Assembly (NCBI RefSeq): GCF_006345805.1
Contig: NC_043006.1
Coordinates: 30,070,001-30,134,000 of the forward strand
DNA from: Octopus sinensis
Lineage: Eukaryota
Reading direction: 5' to 3'
Length of the DNA stretch: 64,000 nucleotides
Shown here: piece by piece, positions 38,095 to 50,377 of the stretch
How the letters are laid out: each line of letters begins with the position of its first letter
How positions within the stretch are numbered: position 1 is the first letter of the stretch
Made by a program: the position numbers and the translations under genes
The notes under the pieces: generated by a model
Databases searched by the model: none
What the model saw: the letters and a program-made list of their open reading frames with translations, nothing else
What the model was told of the DNA's origin: nothing

Positions 38095-38447
38095 CAAATG
38101 GAAATTCTAGTTGTGGCCGTTACCAGTGTTGGTGGCATGCAATAACCACCTTTCATGCATGGGTTGCTGCCAGAGCCACCTAACTGGCTTCCCATGCCAA
38201 TGGCATATCAAAAGCACCATCCGAATGTGGCTGATGCCAGTCCTGCCTGACTGGCTCTAGTGCCAGTGGCACATAAAAAGCACCCACTACACTCTTGGAG
38301 TGGTTGGTATTAGGAAGGGCATCCAGCTGTAGAAACTGCCAGATCAGACTGGCGTCTGGTGCAGCCTCCTGGCTTGCCAGTCCCCAGTCAAACTGTCCAA
38401 CCCATGCCAGCATGAAAAACGGACGTTAAATGGTGATGATGATGATT
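38095..38447 (+). mobile_element. RTE-tail SINE/LINE 3' end
   Basis: Consensus body and a (GAT)n tail at about 38432-38446. Confidence 0.85.
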
Positions 38448-39153
38448 ATCCATACATTACAATTATAATTTTAGTTTTCTGTTTTAAATTCTATTAATTA
38501 ATTATTTGTAAACAATAGTGATTACTTGAATGTGATAAGTCCTCTGGAGGATATATTTACAAGCAATGACAGATTGAGGAAGTCTTTGATTAAACTAAGT
38601 TGTCAGCAATTGTGGAGACTCAGCAGAGAACAATGAGAATTGCTGGTCATTGCATCTGGCACCATGAAGAACCTGTATTAACTGGTCAAAGGAAGAGTTA
38701 ATAGCACAAGAAAATATCTAATCTCTGTGGACAACTTGCTTCAGGACAGTGGAATGGTAAATGTTGGTGAATTAAGAACATACACTGGGGACCATGAGGG
38801 ATGGCACACACGCACTAAATCATTTGAGTGTCTAGGACTCAACTAAACTAAAGCTAGCATCACATTTTTGTTCATTGCATAATGTATTCTACCTCCTTTT
38901 TAAAAACAGTTGGGTGAGATTTGAAGATTTAGCTGTTATTTCTACAGGCTAACAACCACTTGCACCACCATCACCAACAACTTTGTCTATCTAAGCAGCC
39001 AATAATAAATTTGCATGCTGAAGGTGAAATTATATTCCAAATAATTTCAAATTCCTTCCATATATTTAGAAAGAAAATTACTTCTTATACTATTCTTAGG
39101 TTTTTGATCACATCAATATTTTCCTAACAAATACTTTTTCATTTGTATTTTAG

Positions 39154-39254
39154 GTCATTATTTGGACCAAAAGAGATTGAAGCAAGGTTTGTATCGTCAC
39201 CCATGGGATGACATCTCCTACATCTTACCTGAGAGTCTACATGAAAGTCTTTGA
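39154..39254 (+). CDS. ACLY: ACLY last coding exon
   Basis: tttAG acceptor. Encodes (G)[32 protein letters not shown] with TGA at 39252-39254; this is the canonical ACLY C-terminus. Confidence 0.97.
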
Positions 39255-40006
39255 AACTGCTCATTGATTCCTGCTTCCTGTTAAAAATCTTCTTCTTCCA
39301 TCTGGTGCTGTTATTTCTGACTGCTGAGATTGTATATGTTCCTTACAAACGGCTGGTTTAATGTTACCATTTGGAGATGAGGGAGTCGATCCTGATCACA
39401 TATTGTTGCCGACATTATTCCCTAGAAGTTGAGTCTGTTTTGGTAGATTAGCTGTAGGGCTACATCATGTATCAACTACCTAATGTTTTTATCTCTAAGG
39501 TAGACATGTATTTATCAAGTGTCCTCTAAAACTACTATGTAGTCTTCCTCCTTTCTTCTTCCTCTTTCTCTTCTTCCCCTTGTAATTTATTATTTTCTTT
39601 AATTCATGAAAATAATTAAATTATTATTTGGATCATGTGACCAACCTATTTTAAAATTTTTTATTTAGAACCAATCAAACTTCTTCAATTTAAAAAAAAA
39701 AAAAATTATTTTTTTCTTTCATTTTGGGGGAATGGGTGATTTTGTTGCAGGTTTTAATAATGTATCTTTTTTTAAAAATTTATTCAGTATTTTCACTTCT
39801 GTCTCAAATATATTAATGAAAGAGTAGAAGAAAAGCCATGTGGTCCAAGCTGTAAATCTAGTTGAAACTGTTTCCTGAAGCTATAATTGTGTTTCAGTTG
39901 GATTAAAAGTGTTTATTTCTCTTGCTAACTCAATCAATCACCTGTTATTCAATGTCATTCTGGTGGAATAATAGACCAAATAACACTTCATATTTGTTCC
40001 TAAAGC

Positions 40007-40012
40007 AATAAA
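40007..40012 (+). terminator. Candidate ACLY polyadenylation signal AATAAA
   Basis: First clear AATAAA noted, about 750 nt after the stop. AT-rich context, so it may be a chance match. Confidence 0.3.
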
Positions 40013-40894
40013 ACATTTCAAAGTCACTCAATTTTAGCCATTCTTCATCTGTTTCTTTAAATTCAAAACCAAAAAAAAAAAAAAAAAAAATTAAATTATT
40101 TCCATGGCCAGTTTGTGTTGGTGTGGTTATTTATTCAAATTATCAGGTTCTGTTGTTACTCTTATTTTCAGGAATTGGAACAAGTTGAAGGTCATGTTAA
40201 GTGTTATAAGCATAAAATTAACTTGAACAATATGAGATAAATAATGGGAAACTATTTAGAAATAATAAATTAATGTGAAATATAACTCCCTCTCAAAAAA
40301 ATAACCCATTTATGGGAGGAGTAAACACCTTTGTGGAGTAAACAGACGAAAATAATAGAAATAAAGTTGGTGTTAAAATAGGTTATGTATGAGCCAAAGA
40401 ATTTTTAAGCTTACATTTGTGAAGAGAAATAATCATTGATGTTTGTCAAAGCAGGTGAGACAACATCCAGAATTTCAACCAATTAAAACAAAGCAGGTAA
40501 CTAGTACTCTGCGATTTCGTGGAGAGATAGAGGGGGGTGAGTGAGGTAAGGTGTGTCATTTATATATTTCCTTTTTGGCTTGTACGACATATATATATAA
40601 ATATATATATATATCCTATTTATGCATATTTTCAAATAATTTCAAGGAGGTGGGGTTCCAGTTTCCTACCCCATCCTTTTTTTTTCGAAGAAAAGGGGTT
40701 TGCAGCACATTAGGAGGTCAAGGTAAGGTGATTACACACGAGAATCCGAGGGGTCTTTTTTTTTAATGAACTGCGTGAAGGTGCACTTCTACAAGTTTAT
40801 CAGAATGGTTTCATAGCTATGGTGTTGACTATCGTTTCATGATAGAAAAAAAGTTAAGGGTGATTTAACATCAAGAACCGATTCTTCCGTCTCC

Positions 40895-41801
40895 TCAGGA
40901 ACATGGGTACAGTCTTCCAGCTTCCAAAATAAACTTATGAAGTCGCTGAGTTGGCAGTGAGATGGCTCGTATAAAAAGTAACCTAACGACATACTGTTTG
41001 AGATACTTCGGTCTCATTCGCGAAGAACAATGCACTTTTTCAGGCTTCCCCATAAACTCTGATCCAGTCTTCAGCGTGATTAACCTGATAGTGTGTATAT
41101 CCCATGCTGCTCAAGTTACTATACGCACGCCAACAGTCACGATAAATTATTGATCCCGGCCTGACGTAACGTCTAATGATAGGTATGAGGGTGTCAGCAT
41201 CTCTCCTGTTGCCCTCGCCACATTCGGTCAAAAGTGGGACCATAAAGGCTCTCTTCGTCAGACGTTCCATTCCACCAAAAAGCCAAACCATTTTAATTAT
41301 TCTGCCGCGTTATTTTCGATGGACCAGAACCGTTTCATCGATCTCAATTTCAACCCCATCTCCTCCGATCATATTTTAGTGGTTTTCTGACTAAAACTGG
41401 CAAACCTTAGCACAGAAAGACCGCCAATCTACAGAGGTTTTACGGCAGAATCCGAGATTTTCCTCGATTAATCTGTGCGGCCAAGCTGTGCAGAGGAAGC
41501 AATTCATGAAAAGCAAAATCTTCCAAGGCGGAACATGGGTGTTTTCCAGAAAGGAGTTCTTCAATACAGATTCAGAATATCCACACTCCCTTCTGGATTG
41601 GCGACGACGTCGTACCATCCTACGGCAACGCCACATGTTCGTTTCCTCGTGCAAAATACATGGAAAATTACATGTCGGACTTTGGTGGGTAAACGGCCGG
41701 ACACGGTGTTCCATGAAAAATGCAATGGCAGTATTATTTTTACCGTGGAAACGGAGAACTCCTCTATAAAGAGTGATATTGCAACAGTTGCATAGAGCCA
41801 T
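40895..41801 (-). pseudogene. Merlin (IS1016/ISXO2-like) DDE transposase relic 1
   Basis: WRC..., KNSFLEN, DWRSFCAKVC, IGGDGVEIEIDETVL, VWLFGGMER, RDADTLIPIIRRYVRPGSIIYRDCWRAY, YTHYQVNH and RPKYLKQY. Several stops and frameshifts. Confidence 0.88.
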
Positions 41802-42699
41802 GATGTTAGAGCAAAATTAGGATTTTATGTGTCTGCGCACACGTGTGTGAGAGAGATAGAGTGAGTGAAGGTGATGATGGATGTCTTTTGAGGTACGCAC
41901 TCATATAGAAAATGTGACGTCATCATGGTCGTCATATAAAATGTTTACGGTAGATAACTTATGGAAAAGGTAATTTTAAATTTTTGTAATTCAAATATGT
42001 CAATGAAAATAGTTTAGTTAGTAGTGAAAATAGTACTGAATCCTTTGATACCCCATACGTGAAAATCAACAACTCGGTTTGGAAAGCAAAAGAAACATTT
42101 GCACCCTGAAAAACTCCAAAATTGATCCACACACCCGTCCCAAAGCAATAAAGGGTGCGCGAGCGCAACAATCTCTACAGCTTAGAAAATGAACGGCTAA
42201 AAGAAGTGAAACAGCATGTAATACATACCTGTTGTATACGTCGGTCTCGTTTTTTCGCTTCAAAGGTAAGCTATTCTCATAGAAGCAAACATGATATTGA
42301 ATAATTCTCCGTCATACGTCGATTAAAAGCTTTAACATACTTCCAAAATGGGACTTCATCTATGTTTATCTACGTGCGTCAACAAGAAGCTTCCCAACTG
42401 GGTGGTAAGGACTGAAACCCATTGTTCCATTATCACAAAAATAAATTCGAAGGATTAACATCGCACAAGTTCATACACATTTCTGTAAACTCTAATTGAA
42501 ATCAAGAAGCTACCACAACCATCCTATCAGCAACAATCCTCATCTTCTTCACAAAATTTGTACCCTTTAAAAAGAAGCAGCTGTTGCTATTTTTCTGAAT
42601 TTATTTTACATTGTGTACACCCAGATTGAAACTTTTGCTGTACCTTGCACTAGAGAACATTATAGATTATCTGAAGACAAAACATTGCCAATGAAAAAA

Positions 42700-43435
42700 G
42701 GTGTGTTTGCACACATTCGATGAATTTTCAAAATTCTAGTCTTTCTATTGACGGGTTTGTGAATAGAAAGTGTGCTAAATGTTAAAAAAAAAACTCTTTC
42801 CATCAGGAAAGGTACATTTAGAAAAAACTCTAAGCTGCCATTATAAGTAATTTTTCATTTAGTGTTTGATTTTATTTTCGAATTGCCTGTGACGATATCT
42901 GCAAGTATGAATTGCATTGATATAAAAACTGCCGTTCAGTGGTACCAGTTTTGTAGAGATGTTAGTTTGACAAAACTGCTGCAGGACAAAACTCCCATTG
43001 GTGGTCCGGATCATATAGTAGAGATCGATGAAAGCTTGTTCTTCAATAGCAAGAACAATGCAGGAAGAATGTGTCGCAAAACTTGGATCGTCGGATGTTA
43101 TGACACCACAACCAGAAAAGGATTTCTTCAACGTGTCCTCGAGAGGAGTACAGAGACGTTGGAGAATGTTATCAGACAAAACGTTCTTCCAGGAACTACC
43201 GTTATGATTGACAATTTGGTAAGCTATTGTAATCTCCACATACTCGGTTACATTCACCATACGGTAAATCATTCCCAAAATTTCATAGATCGGTCACCGG
43301 GACATGTACAAATCGGCAGAGGTAAAGATCAAGGATCGTACCCATTTTAGGATATTTTTTTGGTTTTATTTTTACATGAACACACAAACTATATCGAGGG
43401 CAGAGATTCCGAATCTGCATTTCAAAATTTATTTT
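42700..43435 (+). pseudogene. Merlin DDE transposase relic 2 (different family)
   Basis: CAKC..SIRKGTF..NSKLPL, TAVQWYQFCRDV, PIGGPDHIVEIDESLF, WIVGCYD, LENVIRQNVLPGTTVMID, YIHHTVNHSQNFID. Frameshifted at both ends. Confidence 0.88.
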
Positions 43436-43947
43436 GTACAGGCAAAAAAAAAAAAAATGAAACACCTTTACTCATTCCCTCTCTTTCCCCCCTCTCTCAC
43501 TCATTCTCCCCTCCCTCTCTCTCTCTACACACAAATCGAAGAGTAATTTGTTCCCCGCTTAAAATGTCGGCGCGAAAAATTGCTAAAGGAAAGTGAAAAC
43601 ACTTGATGCCATTTCAAAACTGATTCGCAGATTAGGGCTTATATATCCAGTAATTTTAGCAGGTATGTAAAAGATATTGTTTTTATACACTTTGACGTTT
43701 CAAACAAACACTATCATGGTTTTTTTTTTATTTTCCAGACATTGTTACCACTAATTTTTATAACTTCACCATTCTTTTACTATTCTTTTCAAAGTTCTTA
43801 AATTTTTTTAATCTAATGTCGTTCACACTCAAGCAAACGTATTTCTGCAAAATGTGATCTTAAAATATGTGTAAAGAAAGGGGACTGATGCAGTTTCACA
43901 TCTGACCTTCAAAAGGGCATTTAAAAAAAAAAGATTTCTTCGGAAAC

Positions 43948-44160
43948 GTGTCTGCATGCATGCATGCATGCACACACACACACACACACACACACACAAC
44001 ACACACACACCACACACACACACCCACCACACACACAAACACAACACATATATATACATATATATATATATACCATATATATATATACATATATACATAT
44101 ACTATATATTATATATACATATATATACACATATATATATTACATATATATATAATAATA
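43948..44160. repeat. Compound (CATG)/(CA)n/(TA)n microsatellite
   Basis: Direct inspection. Confidence 0.95.
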
Positions 44161-46501
44161 AATATTAGGGAATAAATCCAAATTTACAGGGAAAAAATCA
44201 GATTTAGGATTAAATCCAATTTTATAGTAAAAAATTATAAAATATTATTAGAGACAAAACCACTATTTTGCAAAACAACAAGGAAAGACTTAATCAATAC
44301 ATAAAATTTTAATAAATAGTCAAAAAAACCGCCACTACAATTGTTTCTTGTCTTGATCGACAATCTTCAGGTGGACTTCCAATCTAAAATATCAATATTT
44401 TAAAATATAAAAATAATAATTTTAAAATAATTAAAGTATGAATGAAAAAATGTAAATATATAATCCATATATAACCTATATATAATCCATATATAATCAA
44501 TATATAAACAATATAAACTAAAATAAACCTATCAACAATTAAATATAAAAATAAAATATAAAACAAAACAAAAAAATAAATAATATAATAATAAACTATA
44601 TATACACCCATACACATATACCTAATTATATATAACCATATCTAACTACATACACTAAATCACACACCTATATATATATCCCTATACATACACATAAAAA
44701 CGTCTAGGCAACTATAAATAAATAAAATAGCTAAATACTTCAACACAATACTTATTCATACTCCCACACACACACACACATACAACCCACATTCACGCTC
44801 TAGAAAACGGACATCACTTAAAATTATGAACGGAGAAATGGAATAAATGGAATTAAAAATTATATTCACTTGGTAAAACTAACACTACTTAAAAATTATG
44901 AATGAAACAATGCAATAAAACAACAGACATCGCAAATAGACACAAATTACTACGAATTCCTTAACAAACCTACCATGATAAACCAAAACTCATAAAAACA
45001 TATAATGATAAAATCTCCCTTTACTAAACTCTATAACATACCTATATAGCAATCCCCCTAACCTAAACATTCACACACAAATACACACACGTAAACCACA
45101 CACCCACGACATATACAAATACCCACACCACTTACACATACCTATACATACATATAAACCTCAACATATACTCCAAAAACCCACTCAACCCCACACAGAC
45201 AAATAAACACAAAAATTATGAATGGATTCTTTTATAAAACTACCATGATAAGCTAAAACTCACAAAACATAAATGATAAAACCTCCCTTTACTAAACACT
45301 ATAACATACTTATATAGGAATCCCTTTAACCTATACATTCACACACAAATACACACACGTAAACCACACACCCATAACAAATACAAACACCCACCCCACT
45401 CACACACACCCACAAGTACATATACGCCTCAACATATACACCAAACAAAATTACTTTACCAAGGAACTTAACATATGTATAAAAAGTATAACCGCTCTGG
45501 AAACGAACATCTTTTAAAATAATGAATGGAGAAATGGAATAAATGGAATTAAAAATAATATTCACGTGGCAAAACGAATACCACTCAAAATTATGAATGA
45601 AACAATGTAATAAAACAACCAACATCGAAAATAGACAAATTACCACGAATTCCCTAAAAAAAACCATGATAAACCAAAACTCTTAAAAACATATAACGAT
45701 AAAATCTCCCTTTGCTAAACTCTATAACAAACCTATATAGCAATCCCCCTAACCTAAACATTCACACAAAAAACACACACGTAAACCACAGACCCACGAC
45801 TTATACACATACCTATACTAACTTATAAACCTCATATACACCAAAAACCCACTCCCTCCCCACACAGACAAATTAACAATACATCCCAAAACCTAAATAA
45901 CAAACCCATATACACATTCACACACAAACACACACACACGCAAAACACACACACACAACAGATACATATACTCCCTCACATATACGCATATACATACTCA
46001 CTAAACTCGATATATACAACAATATTTACACACCCACACTCATACAGATAAATAAATTATACAACTAAAAACTCACACACAATCTCATATACATAAACAC
46101 TCCAATAAAAAACAACATTAAATACATCGTAATTAACCAGAATATCAAAAATAACAATATGACATAAGGAGAAATAAAATACATACTTACAAGTCAGTTT
46201 CAAATTATGAAGTGAAATTAAATTCTTAGCCGTTAAAAAAATCAAACCAAAATTACGTTACCATAGAAATATAACTTATGTAAAAAAAGAATACGCGCCA
46301 TGGAAAGTAAACGTCATTTAAAATTATGAATGGAGAAATAGAATAAATGGAACTAAAAACTATATCCACGTGGCAAACCAACACTACTTAAAAAAAATTT
46401 ATTATGAATGGATTCTTTAATAAAACTACCATAATAAATTATTATATACAATTATGAGCTTTAGCTCATCTTAGCAGCTCTAACAAACAACTTGCAGTAA
46501 C

Positions 46502-46505
<4 letters not shown>
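44161..46505 (-). mobile_element. Non-coding, HHR-bearing element inserted in (TA)n (non-autonomous PLE- or retrozyme-like)
   Basis: Bounded by TA-rich microsatellite on both sides. HHR lies about 170 nt from the 3' end. Internal degenerate nested repeats and extreme strand bias (plus strand G-poor). Confidence 0.55.
44332..44374 (-). ncRNA. Minimal type-I hammerhead ribozyme
   Basis: Minus strand reads CCAC CUGAAGA UUGUC GAUCAA GACAA GAAA CAAUUG UA/GUGG. All core nucleotides are present, with stem I (4 bp), stem II (5 bp), a palindromic stem III and a GUA cleavage triplet. Confidence 0.85.
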
Positions 46506-46583
<78 letters not shown>

Positions 46584-46587
46584 ATAC

Positions 46588-46628
<41 letters not shown>

Positions 46629-46683
46629 TACATTAGATATATATATATATATTATATATATATATATATACATATATACATAT

Positions 46684-46750
<67 letters not shown>

Positions 46751-46788
46751 TCATATATATACCTATATCTATATCTATATATATATAT

Positions 46789-46845
<57 letters not shown>

Positions 46846-46992
46846 ATACATATATACATATATATCATATATACATATATACATCTATATACATATATAC
46901 ATATATATACATATATATATAATTATAATATATATATATCATATATATATATATATATATATACATATATATATACATATATATATATATTC

Positions 46993-47023
<31 letters not shown>

Positions 47024-47391
47024 TATATATATATATACATACATATATACAATATATATTATATATATATATATATATATACTATCATATTACATATATA
47101 TATATACATATATATATATATACATATATACATATATATTATATACATATATATATATATATATATACATATATACATATACTATACATATATATATATA
47201 TACATATATACATATATATATACATATATATATATATAACATATATACATATATATTATATACATATATACATATATATATATATACATATACATATATA
47301 TATATATACATATATACAATATATATATATACATATATATATACATCTATATATATATTATTATATATATAGAGAGAGAGAGAGAGAAGAG
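46505..47391. repeat. About 0.87-kb interrupted (TA)n/(TACA)n microsatellite ending in (GA)n
   Basis: Direct inspection. Confidence 0.97.
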
Positions 47392-47560
47392 AGTAATAAC
47401 AAGTGAATGGAGAATAACGACGGAAGGGTTCAGAGAAGCGTAAAAATAATGGAAGATAAAATTAAACAAAAATGAAGCCAAAAGATTAATTATTGAAAGT
47501 GGGTAGAAAAATCACTATGTAGGATATCTGTAGTAAGTTGAATGTGACTTCGGACTATAA

Positions 47561-48245
47561 CGAGGAAAAATTCGGATCTTGTGAATTTTCCGAAGTCCTT
47601 TCTCCACCCCCTTGGAAAAGATTTTCCCCACAAATTTTTTTATAATCGTAATGTTTGCCATTTGAAAGGTATTTCTATAAAATTTCATTGAAAAAACTCC
47701 ATTTTCCTAAAAGTTACGAGGGAAAAGCTCGGATCTCGTGAATTTTTCAAAGTCCTTTCTCCACCCCCTTGGAAAATGTTTTCCCCACAAATTTCTTTAT
47801 AATCATAATGTATGCCGTTTGAAAGGTATTTCTATAAAATTTCATTGAAAAAAAAACTCAATTTTCCTAAAAGTTACGAGGGAAAAGCTTGGATCTCGTG
47901 AATTGTCCAAAGTCCTTTCATCACCCCTTGGAAAAGATTTTCTCCACAAATTTCTTTATAATCATAATGTATGCCATTTGAAAGGTATTTCTATAAAATT
48001 TCATTGAAAAACAGTTCCATTTTCCTAAAATTTATGAGGGAAACGCTCGGATCTTGTAAATTATCCGAAGTCCTTTCTCCACCCCCTTGGAAAATATTTT
48101 CCCCACAAATTTCTTTATAATCGTAATGTATGCCGTTTGAAGGGCATTTCTATAAAATTTCATTGAAAAAAACCTCCATTTTCCTAAAAGTTATGAGCGA
48201 AAAGCTCGGATCTTGTGAATTTTCTAAAGTCCTTTCTCCATCCTC
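47561..48245. repeat. Tandem array, about 158-bp unit, about 4.3 copies, plus an inverted partial copy at about 48440-48503
   Basis: Unit starts at 47561, 47717, 47877, 48035 and 48194 (GAGGGAAAAGCTCGGATCT.GTGAATTTT...GTCCTTTCTCCACCCC). Confidence 0.93.
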
Positions 48246-49249
48246 CTGTTGCTTTGCGCGCATTTTTTTTCTCATATTCCTTCCACACCCGTTCCAGTGT
48301 ATTTTTTTGGGGGGGGGGGGATTTTCATTTCCAGGAAAAATTATAAACATAGGGTAAAATGGTCAGTATAAAGTTCTTCACCTGTGGACCAAAAATAATA
48401 AATAAACCAAAAATTTGCACTAACGAAATCCGGGGTTTGGGGAGAGGACTTTTGGAATATTCCCAAGATCCAATTTTTCCGTCATAACTTTCGGTAAAAT
48501 GGATATATATTGATTTTTTTTATTATTATGGAATCCCATGTTTTTTATTATGGAGGATCTGGTTCATAAAAAAAAACCTTTCAAAAACCGCATTTTCAAA
48601 ATTTCAAGTAATTCTTGTGAAATTAAAGTGTTTTTTTTTTTAACTTTTTAAAGAACTTCTTGAATTGTTTTTTTTTTTTTTTTCAATTAATCTATTTGGG
48701 AAAATACGGAGATTAAGAATATGGAAAAAATAAACACAAATTCAAATTTTTTATGTAAAACTCAGACCGAAACTCTACTCCCCTCTCTGCCATCCTGCTA
48801 TCTAAAAGTGAAAATGAACGGTTGTTTTGTCTATTTCAAATGAATTACTTTGTCATATTACTGTGGGAAATTACACTGAAAGAAATCTTTGCAGAAAGGT
48901 GAGTAGATTGATTACATTATGTTATCGCAGTTTTGCGAGATTTGGCTGTTATTTCTAGCATGTGGATATCCTGCTTGATGGCCCGGGGGTATTTTTTTTT
49001 TTGTTGTTGAAAAATTGAAATGTTACAATATTGAAAATTATGCCATCACAGATAAGATGTAATCTCTCCAGAAACAAGTATAAAGCAAGGAGGATTATAG
49101 AAAACCGAATGCAAGAATTTGAAGAGAGACGTGAGATGAGATGCTGCATCATGTCAGACAGAGTCTCAAGAGAAGGGAGATGAAACTTTCCCAACATCAG
49201 TAAATGCATGCTGCAGCACTTAATGCAGGATCATTAAATCAATGTTTAA

Positions 49250-49725
49250 ATGATTAGACAGAGGTCCAATAGAATAGCTCTCAGAAACAGACTACGTACA
49301 AATTCTTTCTTCACAACTTCTGGAGCTGTTTTCAGATATGATCCATCCCATTCTTATAAAAATGATAACTCTCTTCAAATTGGTGTGCTAAGCACAAATT
49401 GTCATTTCTGTAGAGCTTTAAAATTTTCAAGTGAAACAAATGGTATGTGCTGCTCAGGTGATCAGGTAAGATCACCAGCTCTACCAGCTCCTTCTTAACC
49501 TGTTATGGATCTTCTAGAAGATACTTCCATCCAGTCAAAGGATTTTCTGAACAATATCAGACAATACAACTCTGCATTTCAAATGACATCATTTACTGCG
49601 TCTAAGAAGATGCAGTATGAATTTACACTGACGTCAAAGTTCAAGGGCAAGTCTGTCACTTCATTGGTTCCTTGTTACCCACAAATGAACAACCGCAGTT
49701 CCTCTAAATTTACTTTATGAGTGAT
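49250..49725 (+). pseudogene. Helitron Rep/helicase N-terminal relic
   Basis: QIGVLSTNCHFCRALKFSSETNGMCCSGDQV..P.LP.P*..L..LL....SKDFLNNIRQYNSAFQMTSF, then after a frameshift KVQGQVCHFIGSLLP...PQFL*IYF. Confidence 0.88.
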
Positions 49726-50104
49726 GTAGGACAATAAACCCAAAGGAGGGGTCAAAATCTTAGATGATGGGTCGTGTTAGACAGCGCTGACTGCTGCAAA
49801 AGAGAGTATATCTTACTGACAGCTTTTCAGTGCGTTAAAAAATCATGTAACCCCAATCCCCAATTTTCTATGACAGGTTAGGGCCTGAAATACTCTAAAC
49901 GGACTCATAGCATGTTGCTTAGTCAAATTAGCCCATCATTTACTCCACAAACATTTTGTTGTCAATGCTGCACTTTCCCATATCACCTGTTTCAACATAA
50001 CTGTAATATAATATATACAAACTACACCATTTTAATCCTGAGCAACACCAGGTATCTCTGCTAGTGTGTGTATGTGTGTGCATATGTGTGTTTGTGTGTG
50101 TGTG

Positions 50105-50144
<40 letters not shown>

Positions 50145-50287
50145 AAGAGCAATAAAGATTCAAGTTAATTTAAAAAATTTACTTGAATGGTACCTAACTT
50201 AGATGCACCAAAAAAAACTATACTGATTTAACAATACAGTAATGTGGGGTGATTATAGCGAGAAAGAAGCAACAAGAATGGATAGGT

Positions 50288-50377
50288 TTTTAGTACGATC
50301 GTTTCATACAAGGAAGGTTTTATTAAAAGTTGCAAAGATTACAGCATATAAACGAGTCCCGTACTCATCAGCTAAAA
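50288..50377 (-). ncRNA. Mirror copy of the type-I hammerhead ribozyme
   Basis: Reverse complement of 51102-51192 except for a 1-nt deletion at the distal end of stem II. Confidence 0.78.

Noticed and set aside
40490-43700. Terminal inverted repeats for the Merlin elements (candidates GGTAACTAG at about 40496 and GGTAAGCTA at about 42266)
   Set aside because: No matching reverse-complement partner found by eye.
46454-46469. Perfect hairpin ATGAGCT-TT-AGCTCAT as a Helitron 3' terminator
   Set aside because: AT-rich stem, no well-placed CTRR end, and it lies upstream of the Helitron coding relic.
43829-47311. Many ORFs rich in Y/I/C/V/H/T (also at 37578-38011, 14866-15075 and 49940-50152)
   Set aside because: Translations of (TA)n, (CA)n and (TG)n microsatellites; no coding signal.
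47561-48245. Regularly spaced repeats as a possible CRISPR array
   Set aside because: Whole 158-bp units are repeated with no unique spacers, and the context is eukaryotic.
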